Source of the DNA: Lewinellaceae bacterium
GTDB lineage: Bacteria > Bacteroidota > Bacteroidia > Chitinophagales > Saprospiraceae
Length of the DNA stretch: 64,000 nucleotides
Assembly: GCA_024644235.1 (NCBI GenBank)
Contig: JAHELJ010000001.1
Coordinates: 49,556-113,555, forward strand
Reading direction: 5' to 3'
Shown: positions 38,875 to 47,955 of the stretch, piece after piece
Numbering within the stretch: position 1 is the stretch's first letter
Layout of the letters: each line of letters opens with the position of its first letter
Made by a program: the position numbers and the translations under genes
The notes under the pieces: model-generated
The model's input: only the letters and a program-made list of their open reading frames with translations
What the model was told of the DNA's origin: nothing
Database searches by the model: none

Positions 38875-39384
38875 ATGAGGTACTTATTGGTCGTAACTGC
38901 AATCATTTGGGTGACGAGTCAGGCCATCGGTCAGACCGATAGTTTAAACTTTGAGCCCTTTGACTCGTTGACTTTGCCAGGCGTTTTCTTGATGGGCGAA
39001 TATGAAGAACAGTACGGTCTATTGTATGAGACCTACAACGAAATCCTATTATCTGTCTGCAATGATGATATGGATTTGGCCTTCAATAAATGGATGTACA
39101 TGCTATCCGAAATGGAGGCTTACGCTGAAAGCATTGATTTTGATCTGCTGGGAGTGAAGATCTGGTTGATGGTCTTCTGGAATGAAAATGGGCAGATTGA
39201 CTATTTGGGATATCACTTGAAGCCAAACTCAAAACAGGTAGATCGTCCGGATATGAGAGCTTTCCTCAAGAGTTTTAGCAACCGCTTCGAGATGCCGCTA
39301 AGAGCCAGGGTAAAGTACACACACAATGGAAGTGCCCAGTTTCCCACAGCAATAATTCCACCAGTGGGCAGAAAGAACGACTAA
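38875..39384 (+). CDS. hypothetical secreted protein
   Basis: Signal peptide (VTSQAIGQ); 169 aa; no recognisable motif. Confidence 0.3.
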   Translation: MRYLLVVTAIIWVTSQAIGQTDSLNFEPFDSLTLPGVFLMGEYEEQYGLLYETYNEILLSVCNDDMDLAFNKWMYMLSEMEAYAESIDFDLLGVKIWLMVFWNENGQIDYLGYHLKPNSKQVDRPDMRAFLKSFSNRFEMPLRARVKYTHNGSAQFPTAIIPPVGRKND

Positions 39385-39487
39385 TTTTGTGGAACAAGTT
39401 CTGGCTAAACCAGATGTGGTGCAGACTACATTGGATTATCATATGTCATAAAATCATTATATTTTGATCCGTTTTTGAACGTATTTC

Positions 39488-41395
39488 ATGACACAAGTAA
39501 GTTACACAGAGGAGAATATTAGATCTCTGGATTGGAAGGAGCATATCCGCATGCGTCCGGGTATGTACATTGGTAAATTGGGTGATGGTTCAGCACCTGA
39601 CGATGGGATCTACGTTTTGTTGAAGGAAGTTATTGACAATGCGATTGACGAGTACGTCATGGGATTTGGCAATACCATTGAGGTGGAAATCAAAGAGGGA
39701 AAGGTGACCGTACGGGACTATGGTCGTGGAATACCTCTGGGTAAGGTAGTGGAATGCGTGTCCCGCATCAACACAGGGGGCAAGTATGATTCCAAGGCTT
39801 TCAAAAAGTCTGTGGGATTAAATGGTGTTGGCACAAAGGCAGTGAATGCTCTTTCGGATCACTTTATGGTGGCTGCCTTCAGAGAAGGAAAAAGTAAAGA
39901 TGCCTCCTTTACGAAAGGGGATAAATTGGATGAATCCCGCATTAAGAAATCCGGTGAAAAAGACGGCACATTGGTCGTATTCCAGCCGGATGCATCAGTC
40001 TTCAAAAACTATAAATTTCAGGCTGAATACGTGGAGCGTCAGCTTTGGCACTATGCATATCTGAATACCGGGTTGAAGCTAAAATTTAATGGTAAAACCA
40101 TTGCTTCGAAAAATGGACTACTCGATTTACTTGAGACAAAAGCCAAGACAGAGACCCTGCGATATCCAATCGTGCATCTAAAGGGCGAGGATATTGAAAT
40201 CGCCTTGAGCCACGGCAATCATTATGGTGAAGAATACTATGCCTTTGTCAACGGACAGTTTACTACGCAGGGAGGAACGCATCAAAATGCCTTTAAGGAT
40301 GCTGTTGTGAAGACGGTGAGGGAGTTTTATGGAAAGCAGTATGATGCAAGGGATATCCGGGCTTCCATCATAGCGGCAATTAGTGTAAGGGTAGAGGAAC
40401 CTGTTTTTGAGTCGCAGACGAAGACCAAACTAGGCTCCATGAATATCGGTCCTGAGGGTCCTACCATTAGCACTTTCATAGGGAATTTTGTCCGAAAAGA
40501 ACTTAACGATTTTCTCCACAGAGAACCTGCAATTGCGGATGCGCTTAAGGCCAGGATCACACAATCTGAGCGAGAGAGAAAGGAGATTGCAGGGATTAAA
40601 AAACTGGCAAATGAACGGGCTAAGAAGGCAAATCTTCACAACAAAAAACTACGGGATTGCCGGGTTCATCTGACCAGTAAGAAGATTCCACTGGAGGAAC
40701 GAGAGCGTTCCACCATTTTCATCACCGAAGGTGATTCTGCGAGTGGCTCTATTACCAAAGCAAGAGATGTAAGGTACCAGGCAGTATTCAGTCTAAGGGG
40801 GAAACCACTAAACTGTTTTGGCATGACAAAGAAAATCGTTTATCAGAACGAAGAACTCAATCTACTTCAGCATGCTTTAGACATTGAGGATGATCTGGAA
40901 AACCTTCGATACAACCGGGTTGTTATTGCCACTGATGCAGACGTCGATGGCATGCATATCAGGTTACTGCTACTTACTTTTTTCCTTCAGTTTTTCCCTG
41001 ATTTAGTGAGAGAGGGACACTTGTATATACTTGAGACACCATTATTCAGGGTGCGGGATAAGAAGCAGACCTTTTATTGCTATGACGAGCAAGAACGCCG
41101 GGATGCCGTAGAAAGACTGCGAGGTAAACCTGAAATCACCCGCTTTAAGGGGCTGGGAGAGATATCTCCACAGGAGTTTGGTGATTTTATTGGTGATGAC
41201 ATCCGCCTCGAGCAGGTACACCTGCACGAAGACACAAATGTGGAAAAGATCCTGTCCTATTTTATGGGGAAAAATACACCACAGCGACAATCTTTCATCA
41301 TCGATCATCTGAAACTTGAAGTTGATCGAGCGGAGGGTAATGGAGACCCCGATCGGGCTGAGATTCAACCTGTTGAAGCCGAAGCCGAAGCATAA
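39488..41395 (+). CDS. parE: type IIA topoisomerase subunit B, topoisomerase IV ParE-like
   Basis: GHKL ATPase ([15 protein letters not shown]), transducer, TOPRIM (EGDSA) domains; the 635-aa size fits ParE rather than GyrB. Confidence 0.75.
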   Translation: MTQVSYTEENIRSLDWKEHIRMRPGMYIGKLGDGSAPDDGIYVLLKEVIDNAIDEYVMGFGNTIEVEIKEGKVTVRDYGRGIPLGKVVECVSRINTGGKYDSKAFKKSVGLNGVGTKAVNALSDHFMVAAFREGKSKDASFTKGDKLDESRIKKSGEKDGTLVVFQPDASVFKNYKFQAEYVERQLWHYAYLNTGLKLKFNGKTIASKNGLLDLLETKAKTETLRYPIVHLKGEDIEIALSHGNHYGEEYYAFVNGQFTTQGGTHQNAFKDAVVKTVREFYGKQYDARDIRASIIAAISVRVEEPVFESQTKTKLGSMNIGPEGPTISTFIGNFVRKELNDFLHREPAIADALKARITQSERERKEIAGIKKLANERAKKANLHNKKLRDCRVHLTSKKIPLEERERSTIFITEGDSASGSITKARDVRYQAVFSLRGKPLNCFGMTKKIVYQNEELNLLQHALDIEDDLENLRYNRVVIATDADVDGMHIRLLLLTFFLQFFPDLVREGHLYILETPLFRVRDKKQTFYCYDEQERRDAVERLRGKPEITRFKGLGEISPQEFGDFIGDDIRLEQVHLHEDTNVEKILSYFMGKNTPQRQSFIIDHLKLEVDRAEGNGDPDRAEIQPVEAEAEA

Positions 41396-41568
41396 AGCCT
41401 TGATCGTCTTGCTGACTTCTTGTCAGTCACTGGCTTTCTTTTAAGGTCTAATTCGATAAAATCATGGCATTCTTGCCGCTAGTGAGTGATGGCATAGAGA
41501 TTGACCTAGGAAGGTTAGACAACACCAATCAGTTTTCCTGACAGATTGGCAAAAGTGAATTAAAACTT

Positions 41569-43983
41569 ATGTTTGAAAACTTCATCTATTTCGATAAAGT
41601 GAATGACGACCGAGAGTTGCTTCCAATGATGTCATTGGAGGAAGAGGTCAACGAAGAAATGAGTGATGGGGAGTTGCCTGAACTTCTTCCAGTATTAGCG
41701 CTTAAGAACACAGTCTTATTTCCAGGCATTATCATTCCGATTACCATAGGCAGGGATAAATCTATCAAAGCGATACAGCATGCTTATGCTAACGAAAAGC
41801 TCTTGGCAGTGCTATCGCAAAAAAACATGAACGTTGAAAATCCTGACCAGGAGGATTTATATGAAACCGGCACTGTAGCCAAGATTTTGAAACTCTTTAA
41901 AATGCCGGATGGAACCACAACCACTATCCTTCAAGGTAAAGCCAGATTTGCACTGGAAACGATTACCAGTGACGAACCCTACATGGAAGGCAAAGTCACC
42001 ACGCTGCAATATATACCGGCAGCAGACGAATTGAAGTTTACAGCTTTGATTTCATCAATTAGAGACATAGCTGGTCAGATTATTAAATTATCACCTAATA
42101 TCCCATCGGAAGCATCTGTGATGTTGAATAACATCAAAAGCGATGTATTTCTTCTTGATTTCATAGCCTCTAATCTGGCATTGCAGATAGAAGAAAAACA
42201 GTATTTACTGGAGTTGAGCAATCTATCTGAAAAGGCCAATAAGATACTGCATCACATGAAAGGTGAGATGCAAATCCTTATGCTGAAGGATGAGATTGAG
42301 ACCAAGGTGAGGGGTGATATCGAAAAGCAACAGCGTGACTATTTCCTCAACCAGCAGTTAAAAACCATTCAGCAGGAATTGGGTCAAAGTCCTCATCAAG
42401 ATGAACTGCGTGAATTTGAGGAACGAGCTGATAAGAAGAAATGGTCCAAAGAGGTAAGGACAGCTTTTGACAAGGAACTCAACAAAGTCAAAAGGATTAA
42501 TCCACAGATGGCAGAATATTCGGTGGTACTGAACTATCTGGAGTTGATGCTTGACCTTCCTTGGAATGAATTTACCCGCGACAACTTCAACTTGAAAAAG
42601 GTGAAAGAGGTATTGGATAAAGATCATTATGGGCTCGAGGAGGTTAAGGAGAGAATCATGGAGCACTTGGCGGTGTTGAAGCTCAAGGGAGACATGAAGG
42701 CACCCATCTTGTGTTTGGTCGGACCTCCGGGAGTAGGAAAAACTTCCTTAGGTAGGTCGGTTGCAAACGCATTGAAAAGAAAATTTGTTCGAATGTCTTT
42801 GGGTGGCCTACATGATGAATCGGAGATCAGGGGACACCGTAAAACTTATATAGGAGCGATGCCAGGGAGAATCATTCAATCTCTTCGCAAAGCTAAAAGC
42901 TCCAATCCGGTCTTCATTTTGGATGAGATCGATAAAGTGGGTAAAGATTTTCGTGGAGATCCATCTTCCGCCCTTTTGGAGGTGCTGGATCCGGAGCAGA
43001 ATTCAACCTTCCATGACAACTATCTGGAGTTGGAATATGACTTATCCAAGGTCATGTTTATTGCAACCGCTAACTCTCTGGCATCCATCCAACCAGCATT
43101 ACTTGACAGGATGGAGATCATCCAGATAAGTGGATATAGTACCGAGGAGAAAATCGAAATTGCCAAAAGACATTTGATCCCGATTCAGCGTAAAGAACAT
43201 GGTCTTACTGCCAAGCTGGTAACACTGCGTGAGCCAACACTTAAGGCGATCATTCAAAAATATACTCGTGAATCGGGGGTTCGAAGTCTCAACCGGCGCC
43301 TGGCGGGGGTGATGCGTCACGCAGCCAAGCAAATAGCATTGGAGGAGGCGGAAAAGGTGACGGTACTGGCGAAAGATCTACATGAGATCTTAGGTCCTGC
43401 CCGGTTTGATAAAGATCTTTACAGTGAGATCAGAGTCCCTGGTGTTGCTGTCGGTCTTGCCTGGACAAGCGTGGGAGGTGATATTTTGTTTATTGAAGCT
43501 AGCCTAAGCCCGGGTAGTGGAAAAGTGACACTTACTGGAAACCTGGGCGACGTCATGAAGGAATCAGCTACTACTGCTTTGAGCTTCATCAAAGCCCACG
43601 GCGAAGCTCTTGGCATTGATCCCAAAAAGTTTTCCGACACCGATATTCATGTTCATGTGCCGGAAGGGGCTATACCTAAAGATGGACCTTCTGCAGGAAT
43701 TACTATGTTGGCTGCTCTAACTTCGATTTTTACAGATCAGGTGGTGAAGCCATTTCTAGCCATGTCGGGAGAGATCACTCTTAGGGGAAAGGTTTTACCC
43801 GTTGGAGGGATAAAGGAAAAAGTGCTGGCGGCCAAACGAGCTGGAATGAAGCAGATCATTCTTTGTGCAGAGAATGAGCGTCATGTGCAGGAAATAAAGA
43901 AAGAGTATATCGAGGGCTTAGATTTTATCTACGTGAAAAGGATGGAAGAGGTATTAAAACATGCACTCCGATCAGAGTCCTAA
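41569..43983 (+). CDS. lon: ATP-dependent Lon protease (LonA)
   Basis: Lon N-domain, AAA+ Walker A GPPGVGKTS, Walker B ILDEIDK, protease domain catalytic Ser in DGPSAG; 804 aa. An alternative start lies at 41626. Confidence 0.9.
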   Translation: MFENFIYFDKVNDDRELLPMMSLEEEVNEEMSDGELPELLPVLALKNTVLFPGIIIPITIGRDKSIKAIQHAYANEKLLAVLSQKNMNVENPDQEDLYETGTVAKILKLFKMPDGTTTTILQGKARFALETITSDEPYMEGKVTTLQYIPAADELKFTALISSIRDIAGQIIKLSPNIPSEASVMLNNIKSDVFLLDFIASNLALQIEEKQYLLELSNLSEKANKILHHMKGEMQILMLKDEIETKVRGDIEKQQRDYFLNQQLKTIQQELGQSPHQDELREFEERADKKKWSKEVRTAFDKELNKVKRINPQMAEYSVVLNYLELMLDLPWNEFTRDNFNLKKVKEVLDKDHYGLEEVKERIMEHLAVLKLKGDMKAPILCLVGPPGVGKTSLGRSVANALKRKFVRMSLGGLHDESEIRGHRKTYIGAMPGRIIQSLRKAKSSNPVFILDEIDKVGKDFRGDPSSALLEVLDPEQNSTFHDNYLELEYDLSKVMFIATANSLASIQPALLDRMEIIQISGYSTEEKIEIAKRHLIPIQRKEHGLTAKLVTLREPTLKAIIQKYTRESGVRSLNRRLAGVMRHAAKQIALEEAEKVTVLAKDLHEILGPARFDKDLYSEIRVPGVAVGLAWTSVGGDILFIEASLSPGSGKVTLTGNLGDVMKESATTALSFIKAHGEALGIDPKKFSDTDIHVHVPEGAIPKDGPSAGITMLAALTSIFTDQVVKPFLAMSGEITLRGKVLPVGGIKEKVLAAKRAGMKQIILCAENERHVQEIKKEYIEGLDFIYVKRMEEVLKHALRSES

Positions 43984-44030
43984 AATTGGCTTTGTTAAAA
44001 ACAAGTTAAACCTGCCGTGGATTTCGAATA

Positions 44031-44053
44031 GGGCTACCAATAGCCCGTTTTCT
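44031..44053 (+). terminator. rho-independent terminator after lon
   Basis: GGGCTA-ccaa-TAGCCC followed by GTTTTCT. Confidence 0.5.
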
Positions 44054-44087
44054 GAGCATATTATTTGCTAATTTCACGCAGCCTGTT

Positions 44088-44750
44088 TTGAGAAATATGA
44101 AAATTAAGTGGATAGTTTTCGGATTCTTATTGACCACCTCCCTCAGTTGGAGCTATGGGCAAACGATAGACACTTCTATAATCCAATTTTCCGGATTAGT
44201 GGTTACCGAGGAGCAGGGTGATTTGGTGCCCCTCCCCTTAACCAATATTCTGTTACAGGGTTCCGGCAGAGGAACTTTCTCTAACCTAGACGGATTCTTT
44301 TCTATTGTTGCCGCGAAAGGAGAGGTAGTGTTGTTTTCATCGATTGGGTATAAAACTGTGGAGTTTGTAATACCAGATACCCTGACCGAAAACCGGTACA
44401 CGATTTATCAAATTATGTCAAAGGATACGATTACGCTGCCTGAAACGGTGGTATATCCCTGGCCAAGCAGAGAGCATTTTAAGATTGAATTTTTGGCTCT
44501 CGAGGTACCCGATGATCTTCAGAATCGTGCGGAAGAAAACCTGACAGCAATAGCTATGGAACGATTGCGCGAGAATTTGCCATACGATGGTGCGGAAACC
44601 GGTGGCTATTACCTTCGCCGTCAGGCAGAAAGCTACTATTCATTCGGACAAGCCAAACCAATCCATGTACTCAATCCATTGGCTTGGGCAAAGTTTTTCA
44701 AAGCCTGGAAAAACGGAGACTTTAAACGTAAGCCTGAAAACGACCAGTAG
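44088..44750 (+). CDS. carboxypeptidase-regulatory-like (CarboxypepD_reg) domain protein with uncharacterised C-terminal region
   Basis: Signal peptide; GLVVTEEQGDLVPLPLTNILLQGSGRGTFSNLDGFFSIVAAKGEVVLFSSIGY matches the CRD pattern; 220 aa. Confidence 0.45.
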   Translation: MRNMKIKWIVFGFLLTTSLSWSYGQTIDTSIIQFSGLVVTEEQGDLVPLPLTNILLQGSGRGTFSNLDGFFSIVAAKGEVVLFSSIGYKTVEFVIPDTLTENRYTIYQIMSKDTITLPETVVYPWPSREHFKIEFLALEVPDDLQNRAEENLTAIAMERLRENLPYDGAETGGYYLRRQAESYYSFGQAKPIHVLNPLAWAKFFKAWKNGDFKRKPENDQ

Positions 44751-44834
44751 ATTAAACGACGACTTTCTGTTCGAGTCTAAGATTCATCCCACTCTTATTA
44801 CTAATTTTACGCTCTTTTAGACAATAACCAGTCA

Positions 44835-45791
44835 TTGAAGGTCACAGACTATTTTAACGAAGCTGACGGTCGGACGCTGATTTCATTTGAAGTCCTTCCT
44901 CCCTTGAAAGGTGGGACTATGAAATCCATTTTTGATGTGCTTGATCCACTGATGGAGTTCAAACCCCCTTTTATCGATGTTACCTACCATCGGGAGGAAT
45001 ATGTCTATACCAAGAATGCTAATGGGTACTATGAAAAAACATCGATTCGGAAGCGGCCTGGCACCGTAGGGATTTGCGCCGCTATTATGCACCGGTATGG
45101 AGTGGATGCAGTGCCACATCTCATTTGTGGCGGGTTTACCAAGGAGGATACCGAAAATGCTCTAATAGATCTAAATTTTCTCAACATAAAGAATGTGTTG
45201 GCGATACGGGGAGATGCCCGGCGTTTCGATTCTCAGTTTGTTCCCACGCCAGGTGGTCATAGTTTTGCAGTAGATCTCGTGAAGCAGATCGCCAAGATGA
45301 ATAAGGGAGTTTACCTCGATTCCAATATTGAGAATGGAGCACAGACTGATTTCTGCATTGGCGTGGCCGGATATCCTGAAAAACATTTTGAAGCACCTAA
45401 TCTCGATATCGATTTGGAACACACCAAATCGAAGATTGAAGCAGGAGGTGATTATATCGTCACCCAGATGTTTTTTGACAATTCAAAATTCTTCGCCTAC
45501 GTGGAAGACTGTCGAAAATCTGGTATTGATAAACCAATTGTTCCCGGGCTCAAACCCCTCACAAGATTGAGACAACTCAGGTCTCTACCAAGCCGTTTCT
45601 ACATCAGCATGCCTGAAACACTGGCAAAGGAAGCGGTGAAGTGCAAGAGTGATGAGGATGTGAAGGAATTGGGAATTGAATGGTGTATCAGTCAAAGTAA
45701 AGAGCTCAAACAATCAGGTGTTCCTTGTTTACATTATTACACCATGGGTGACAGCGACACCATCAGGCGGATCGTCGAAGCAGTGTATTAG
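44835..45791 (+). CDS. metF: 5,10-methylenetetrahydrofolate reductase
   Basis: N-terminal ISFEVLPP, TIM-barrel FAD-binding motifs; 318 aa. Confidence 0.85.
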   Translation: MKVTDYFNEADGRTLISFEVLPPLKGGTMKSIFDVLDPLMEFKPPFIDVTYHREEYVYTKNANGYYEKTSIRKRPGTVGICAAIMHRYGVDAVPHLICGGFTKEDTENALIDLNFLNIKNVLAIRGDARRFDSQFVPTPGGHSFAVDLVKQIAKMNKGVYLDSNIENGAQTDFCIGVAGYPEKHFEAPNLDIDLEHTKSKIEAGGDYIVTQMFFDNSKFFAYVEDCRKSGIDKPIVPGLKPLTRLRQLRSLPSRFYISMPETLAKEAVKCKSDEDVKELGIEWCISQSKELKQSGVPCLHYYTMGDSDTIRRIVEAVY

Positions 45792-45792
45792 T

Positions 45793-46758
45793 CTACCAGT
45801 GGATGAAGTGCAATTTGATTTTTTGATTCCTGTTGAATTCTAGGGCGGGTGATGGCACTTTGAAGACATTTAGGACAGAGCATAACGTACGAAAGAATTT
45901 GCTCCCTGATCGAATCCGTCGCCAATCAATATCGGGAGCCAGGTACAGCTGACCATAACGTACCTTCTCGAGTTCAAACATAGCACCATCCTGAACCCAG
46001 CGATTTTCAAATCCACCATACATGTTCTCTCCACCATATCCAATAGCAAGATTGATCCAAGCAGGAAGTTTTACATGAGGCAAGAAGCTACGGAGATTAA
46101 ATGACACCCAGATGGTCTGGCGATTGTAATCTTTGAGAAACCGCTCTGCGAAGCTATTGCCAAAGAGCATGTCAGCTCTGTTCTCTAGGGTCGTTGTAGA
46201 TATTTGATCACCTGCCATAATAGTCCCCGACGGATGGTTTTGGGGCCATGAAGACATTTTCATCCTGATCTTTTGCTCCCTCCAAACCAGCTCCTGACCG
46301 AGGAAAAGGCCAATTCCGGCTGTGTTGAATGAGAGGTCATAGATCGAGAATCCCCAATCGGCCGAGTAGGCATCGAGCATCTCAATAGTTCCCTGAAACA
46401 GCATCGCCAGACTGGCTGCTGTCCAGAGAGCAGATTTCCTATTCATCCCCGCTGATGACGCCCCCTGATACAAAAGGTCGGTCTCAAAATAAGCCGTATA
46501 TGAATGACCTAGTTTGTCAATGTTTTTCCACTCTCCCCAGTCGTCAAAGAGGTGGAATGAAGTTCTCTCCGAACTTTGGTACCAGGCTTTCGACAGGAGC
46601 ACCACTGAGCCACCATAAATCCCGGCTCCAATAGCGGATAATTTCCAAAATTTCTGACGGTTAAACTGATTAGGGGAACCTAGAGTATCATTCTGGGCAA
46701 TCACTTGGATCCGCCAAATTGCCGTAATCGCGATAAGTATAATGAGCTTCTTGATCAA
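45793..46758 (-). CDS. hypothetical exported protein (possibly a DUF2279-like lipoprotein family)
   Basis: Signal peptide (WRIQVIAQ); W/Y/G-rich 321-aa body; family guess is weak. Confidence 0.3.
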   Translation of the reverse strand: MIKKLIILIAITAIWRIQVIAQNDTLGSPNQFNRQKFWKLSAIGAGIYGGSVVLLSKAWYQSSERTSFHLFDDWGEWKNIDKLGHSYTAYFETDLLYQGASSAGMNRKSALWTAASLAMLFQGTIEMLDAYSADWGFSIYDLSFNTAGIGLFLGQELVWREQKIRMKMSSWPQNHPSGTIMAGDQISTTTLENRADMLFGNSFAERFLKDYNRQTIWVSFNLRSFLPHVKLPAWINLAIGYGGENMYGGFENRWVQDGAMFELEKVRYGQLYLAPDIDWRRIRSGSKFFRTLCSVLNVFKVPSPALEFNRNQKIKLHFIHW

Positions 46759-46928
46759 CCAAATTTTTTAAAGCTGTCCTTAATAATTCTGTCGGTTTGC
46801 GACAATTTGGAGATATCTGATCGTTCTAAATAATATGAACTATTTTTGAAGAAATTACATTGGGTCTCCTTATACTTGTAATCACCCCGTGAAACGACGA
46901 ATCCATTGATCATAACGACTGCCAATTT

Positions 46929-47945
46929 ATGATTTTAGCCAAAAGATCTTTCCAGATAGTGTGCCTTGTTATGCTCACCTGGTCTACTATCGTTGGTCAG
47001 GACATTCATTTCACCCAGTTCAATATGAGTCCTCTGACTATCAATCCAGCGATGACCGGTGCCTTCAACGGGTCGTTTCGGTTGGGAGGGATTTACCGGG
47101 ATCAATGGGCTTCCACTTTTTCAACACCGGCTTTTTATATTGATTCTCCCATACTCAAGGGTTTCAGAGACCTGGATTGGGTGGGAGCCGGGGTGGTCTT
47201 CTATCAGGATAATGCGGCGGCAGAATTTCTTCAGTCGGATGGTAGAAGCGGGAAAGGAAGAGTAAAGCAAGGTGGGATGCTGGGGTCCATTGCCTATCAT
47301 TTTGCCGCAGATGACAAACGCAGGACAATCATTTCACTGGGCTTACAGGTGGGTACGTTGAGCAGGAAATTGCAAGACAATTTTTTGTTTGAAGACCAGA
47401 TCCTCACAGGATCTACCGATGAAAGACTTCCCAATAAAGAAGATCCGACTAGTTTTCTGGATATATCTGGTGGTCTCACAATCACTGGCCGTACAGTAGG
47501 CAATTCCTACTTCAGAGTTGGTGCTAGTGTCATGCATGCCAATCAGCCAGATTATGGCCTATTGAGCACAAATAGCGCATCTCTACCTATGAAGATTGTG
47601 GGTTTTGGTACCTATGTGTTGGACATTAATGAATCATTTATGGCTGAGCCATCGATTCTTTTTGAATCTATCGGACCGGCAACAGAGGTAGCTGCACAGG
47701 CGCTGGGAGGTTACAAGTTCGACGCCGAAACCGTACTGAAGGCGGGTCTTGGGTATCGGATAGGCGATGCTCTTCAGGTCCTTGCAGGTGTGCAATACAA
47801 AGATCTTCGTGTGGGAGCAAGTTACGATCTTACGCTTTCAGCTCTGGAGAATCCAAATGGAGCTTTCGAATTGGCAGTAGCATACATTGGAAAAATTTAC
47901 AAGCGACCAAAAGTTGATCCCGTTATCTTCTGTCCACGATTCTAA
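46929..47945 (+). CDS. type IX secretion system membrane protein, PorP/SprF family
   Basis: Signal peptide then the family-typical QDIHFTQFNMSPLTINPAMTG start of the mature protein; β-barrel-like 338 aa. Confidence 0.7.
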   Translation: MILAKRSFQIVCLVMLTWSTIVGQDIHFTQFNMSPLTINPAMTGAFNGSFRLGGIYRDQWASTFSTPAFYIDSPILKGFRDLDWVGAGVVFYQDNAAAEFLQSDGRSGKGRVKQGGMLGSIAYHFAADDKRRTIISLGLQVGTLSRKLQDNFLFEDQILTGSTDERLPNKEDPTSFLDISGGLTITGRTVGNSYFRVGASVMHANQPDYGLLSTNSASLPMKIVGFGTYVLDINESFMAEPSILFESIGPATEVAAQALGGYKFDAETVLKAGLGYRIGDALQVLAGVQYKDLRVGASYDLTLSALENPNGAFELAVAYIGKIYKRPKVDPVIFCPRF

Positions 47946-47955
47946 TTGGAATAAA